Origin: an uncultured Gemmatimonadaceae bacterium
Lineage (GTDB): Bacteria; Gemmatimonadota; Gemmatimonadetes; Gemmatimonadales; Gemmatimonadaceae
DNA: 64,000 bases
Assembly (NCBI GenBank): GCA_963790305.1
Contig: CAWBOC010000006.1
Location: forward strand, 160,001-224,000
Direction: 5' to 3'
Part shown: positions 62,887 to 64,000 of the stretch, piece after piece
Position numbering within the stretch: position 1 is the first letter of the stretch
Layout: each line of letters opens with the position of its first letter
The notes under the pieces: generated by a model
What the model saw: only the letters and a program-made list of their open reading frames with translations
What the model was told of the DNA's origin: nothing
Database searches by the model: none
Made by a program: the position numbers and the translations under genes

Positions 62887-63069
62887 GCAACGAGCCGCAA
62901 GAAAAAGCGGTAGCACAGAGACACACAGAGACATCGCACAGAGACACACGGAGAACTGCAACGGCGAAGAGCTTTTCCAAAAAGCCCTTTGCCGTTGCAG
63001 TTCTCTGTGTGTCTCTGTGCGAAGTCTCTGTGTCCTCTGTGCTACTGCTCTTCTTGCGGCCCTCGTTGC
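62887..63069. repeat. ~180-bp imperfect palindrome with internal CACAGAGA repeats (REP/MITE-like)
   Basis: Left arm GCAACGAGCCGCAAGAA...CACAGAGAC...GAGAACTGCAACGGC is the reverse complement of right arm GCCGTTGCAGTTCTC...GTCTCTGTG...TTCTTGCGGC..TCGTTGC. Confidence 0.9.
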
Positions 63070-63079
63070 TCAGCGAACC

Positions 63080-63508
63080 TTATCGCGCCGCCAACAGCTC
63101 GGTGTCCGAGAAAAAGAACCGCGCTTCGCGCTCCGCATTCTCATCGGAGTCCGAGCCGTGGACCGCGTTTCGCTCCTTCGACTCCGCGAAGAGCTTGCGC
63201 ACGGTTCCGGGCTTCGCCTCGGCGGGATCGGTCGCGCCAATGGCATCGCGATAGGCCGTCACGGCGTTCGCCTTCTCCAGCACGAGCGGCATGCACGGGC
63301 CGGACGTCATGAACGTCACGAGGGACCGGTAGAACGGTCGCTCGCGGTGCACTGCGTAGAACTCCTCGGCCTGGGCCTGGGTGAGATGCATGACGCGAGC
63401 GGCGCGAACAGCGAATCCCTGCCCCTCCAGATGCGCGATGATCTTTCCCGCCTTCCCCGCCCCGAAGGCGTCGGGCTTGATGATCGCGAGCGTGCGCGTA
63501 CCTGCCAT
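63080..63508 (-). CDS. ndk: Nucleoside diphosphate kinase
   Basis: TLAIIKPDA, FYAVHRERPF, TSGP, IGATDP, PGTVR, NAVHGSDS. Confidence 0.97.
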   Translation of the reverse strand: MAGTRTLAIIKPDAFGAGKAGKIIAHLEGQGFAVRAARVMHLTQAQAEEFYAVHRERPFYRSLVTFMTSGPCMPLVLEKANAVTAYRDAIGATDPAEAKPGTVRKLFAESKERNAVHGSDSDENAEREARFFFSDTELLAAR

Positions 63509-63510
63509 GT

Positions 63511-63999
63511 TCACCATCCAATGAGCTTGCGGACAATGTCGCCGCGGGTGAGAAAGCCGACGAGGCGGCCTTCGCGCACCACGGGAACCTGCTCCACGTC
63601 CTTGTTGATCATGAGTGACGCGACCTCCGCGAGCGGCTGCTCCGGAGAGACGCAGAGAACCTGCCGCGTCATCGCATCGCGAACGGCGCGACGCGCATTC
63701 ACGCCGTCCGGCGTTGGGCGAGGCGGCGAATCGCCCTGCAGATAGCTGCCTAACAGGTGCCGGAGGAGATCGCGTTCGGCGAGCATCCCGACGATGACCT
63801 CGTTCTCCTCCACGACCGGGAGCGCCGAGATACCACCTCGGGCCATTTGGAGCGCGGCGTCGCGCAACGGCGTATCCGGCGTTGCCGTGCGTGGCCGCTG
63901 GGTCATGATGTCTCCGACGGCGAGCTGCCGCGGCAGCTCCACTTCGGAGAAAACGGGTAGTTCCGCCAGGGTCGCGGCGTCGGGCGCGGCCAGCAGCTG
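63511..63999 (-). CDS. CBS-pair protein, 5'-truncated by window edge
   Basis: Two CBS motifs (VGDIMT...LPVV, VRDAMT...VPVV...GFLTRGD); frame stays open to the window end. Confidence 0.85.
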   Translation of the reverse strand, partial: QLLAAPDAATLAELPVFSEVELPRQLAVGDIMTQRPRTATPDTPLRDAALQMARGGISALPVVEENEVIVGMLAERDLLRHLLGSYLQGDSPPRPTPDGVNARRAVRDAMTRQVLCVSPEQPLAEVASLMINKDVEQVPVVREGRLVGFLTRGDIVRKLIGW

Positions 64000-64000
64000 C

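Overview
This high-GC window is bacterial core chromosome. Gene content and order suggest Gemmatimonadota (inferred, not verified). From 1 to about 25.7 kb every recognisable gene is on the + strand: lipid A synthesis (lpxC-fabZ, lpxA, a GnnA-like oxidoreductase, lpxB, DUF374, lpxK), gdh, rlmH, bshC, murJ, uvrC, a threonine-synthase-like enzyme, larC, DUF512-der-plsY-gpsA, surE-pcm, acyP, apt and tRNA-Arg(CCU). From about 25.8 kb to the end nearly all genes are on the - strand: dapF, a YfhO/Dpm1/flippase glycosylation cluster, rpoN, lptB-lptA-lptC, kdsD-kdsC-kdsA-pyrG-kdsB, a small accessory block, trpG/pabA, xerD, ispF, purE, mqnC-mqnA-mqnE, the fab/plsX/rpmF operon, a CotH-like kinase with DUF4956, and ndk. 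A 28-bp dif-like site (25758-25785) lies exactly at the strand switch. KOPS-like octamers converge on it and two extra XerD-arm-like half-sites lie about 1 kb upstream, so the window most likely contains the replication terminus. Roughly 25 frameshifts, mostly +1 insertions and including essential genes, look like sequencing/assembly errors. I found no CRISPR array, prophage, transposase or defence system. The best novelty candidates are the terminus architecture, LptB with a ~150-aa unknown N-terminal domain, a three-component glycosylation system with unknown acceptor, the DUF4956/CotH-like pair and a ~180-bp palindrome.
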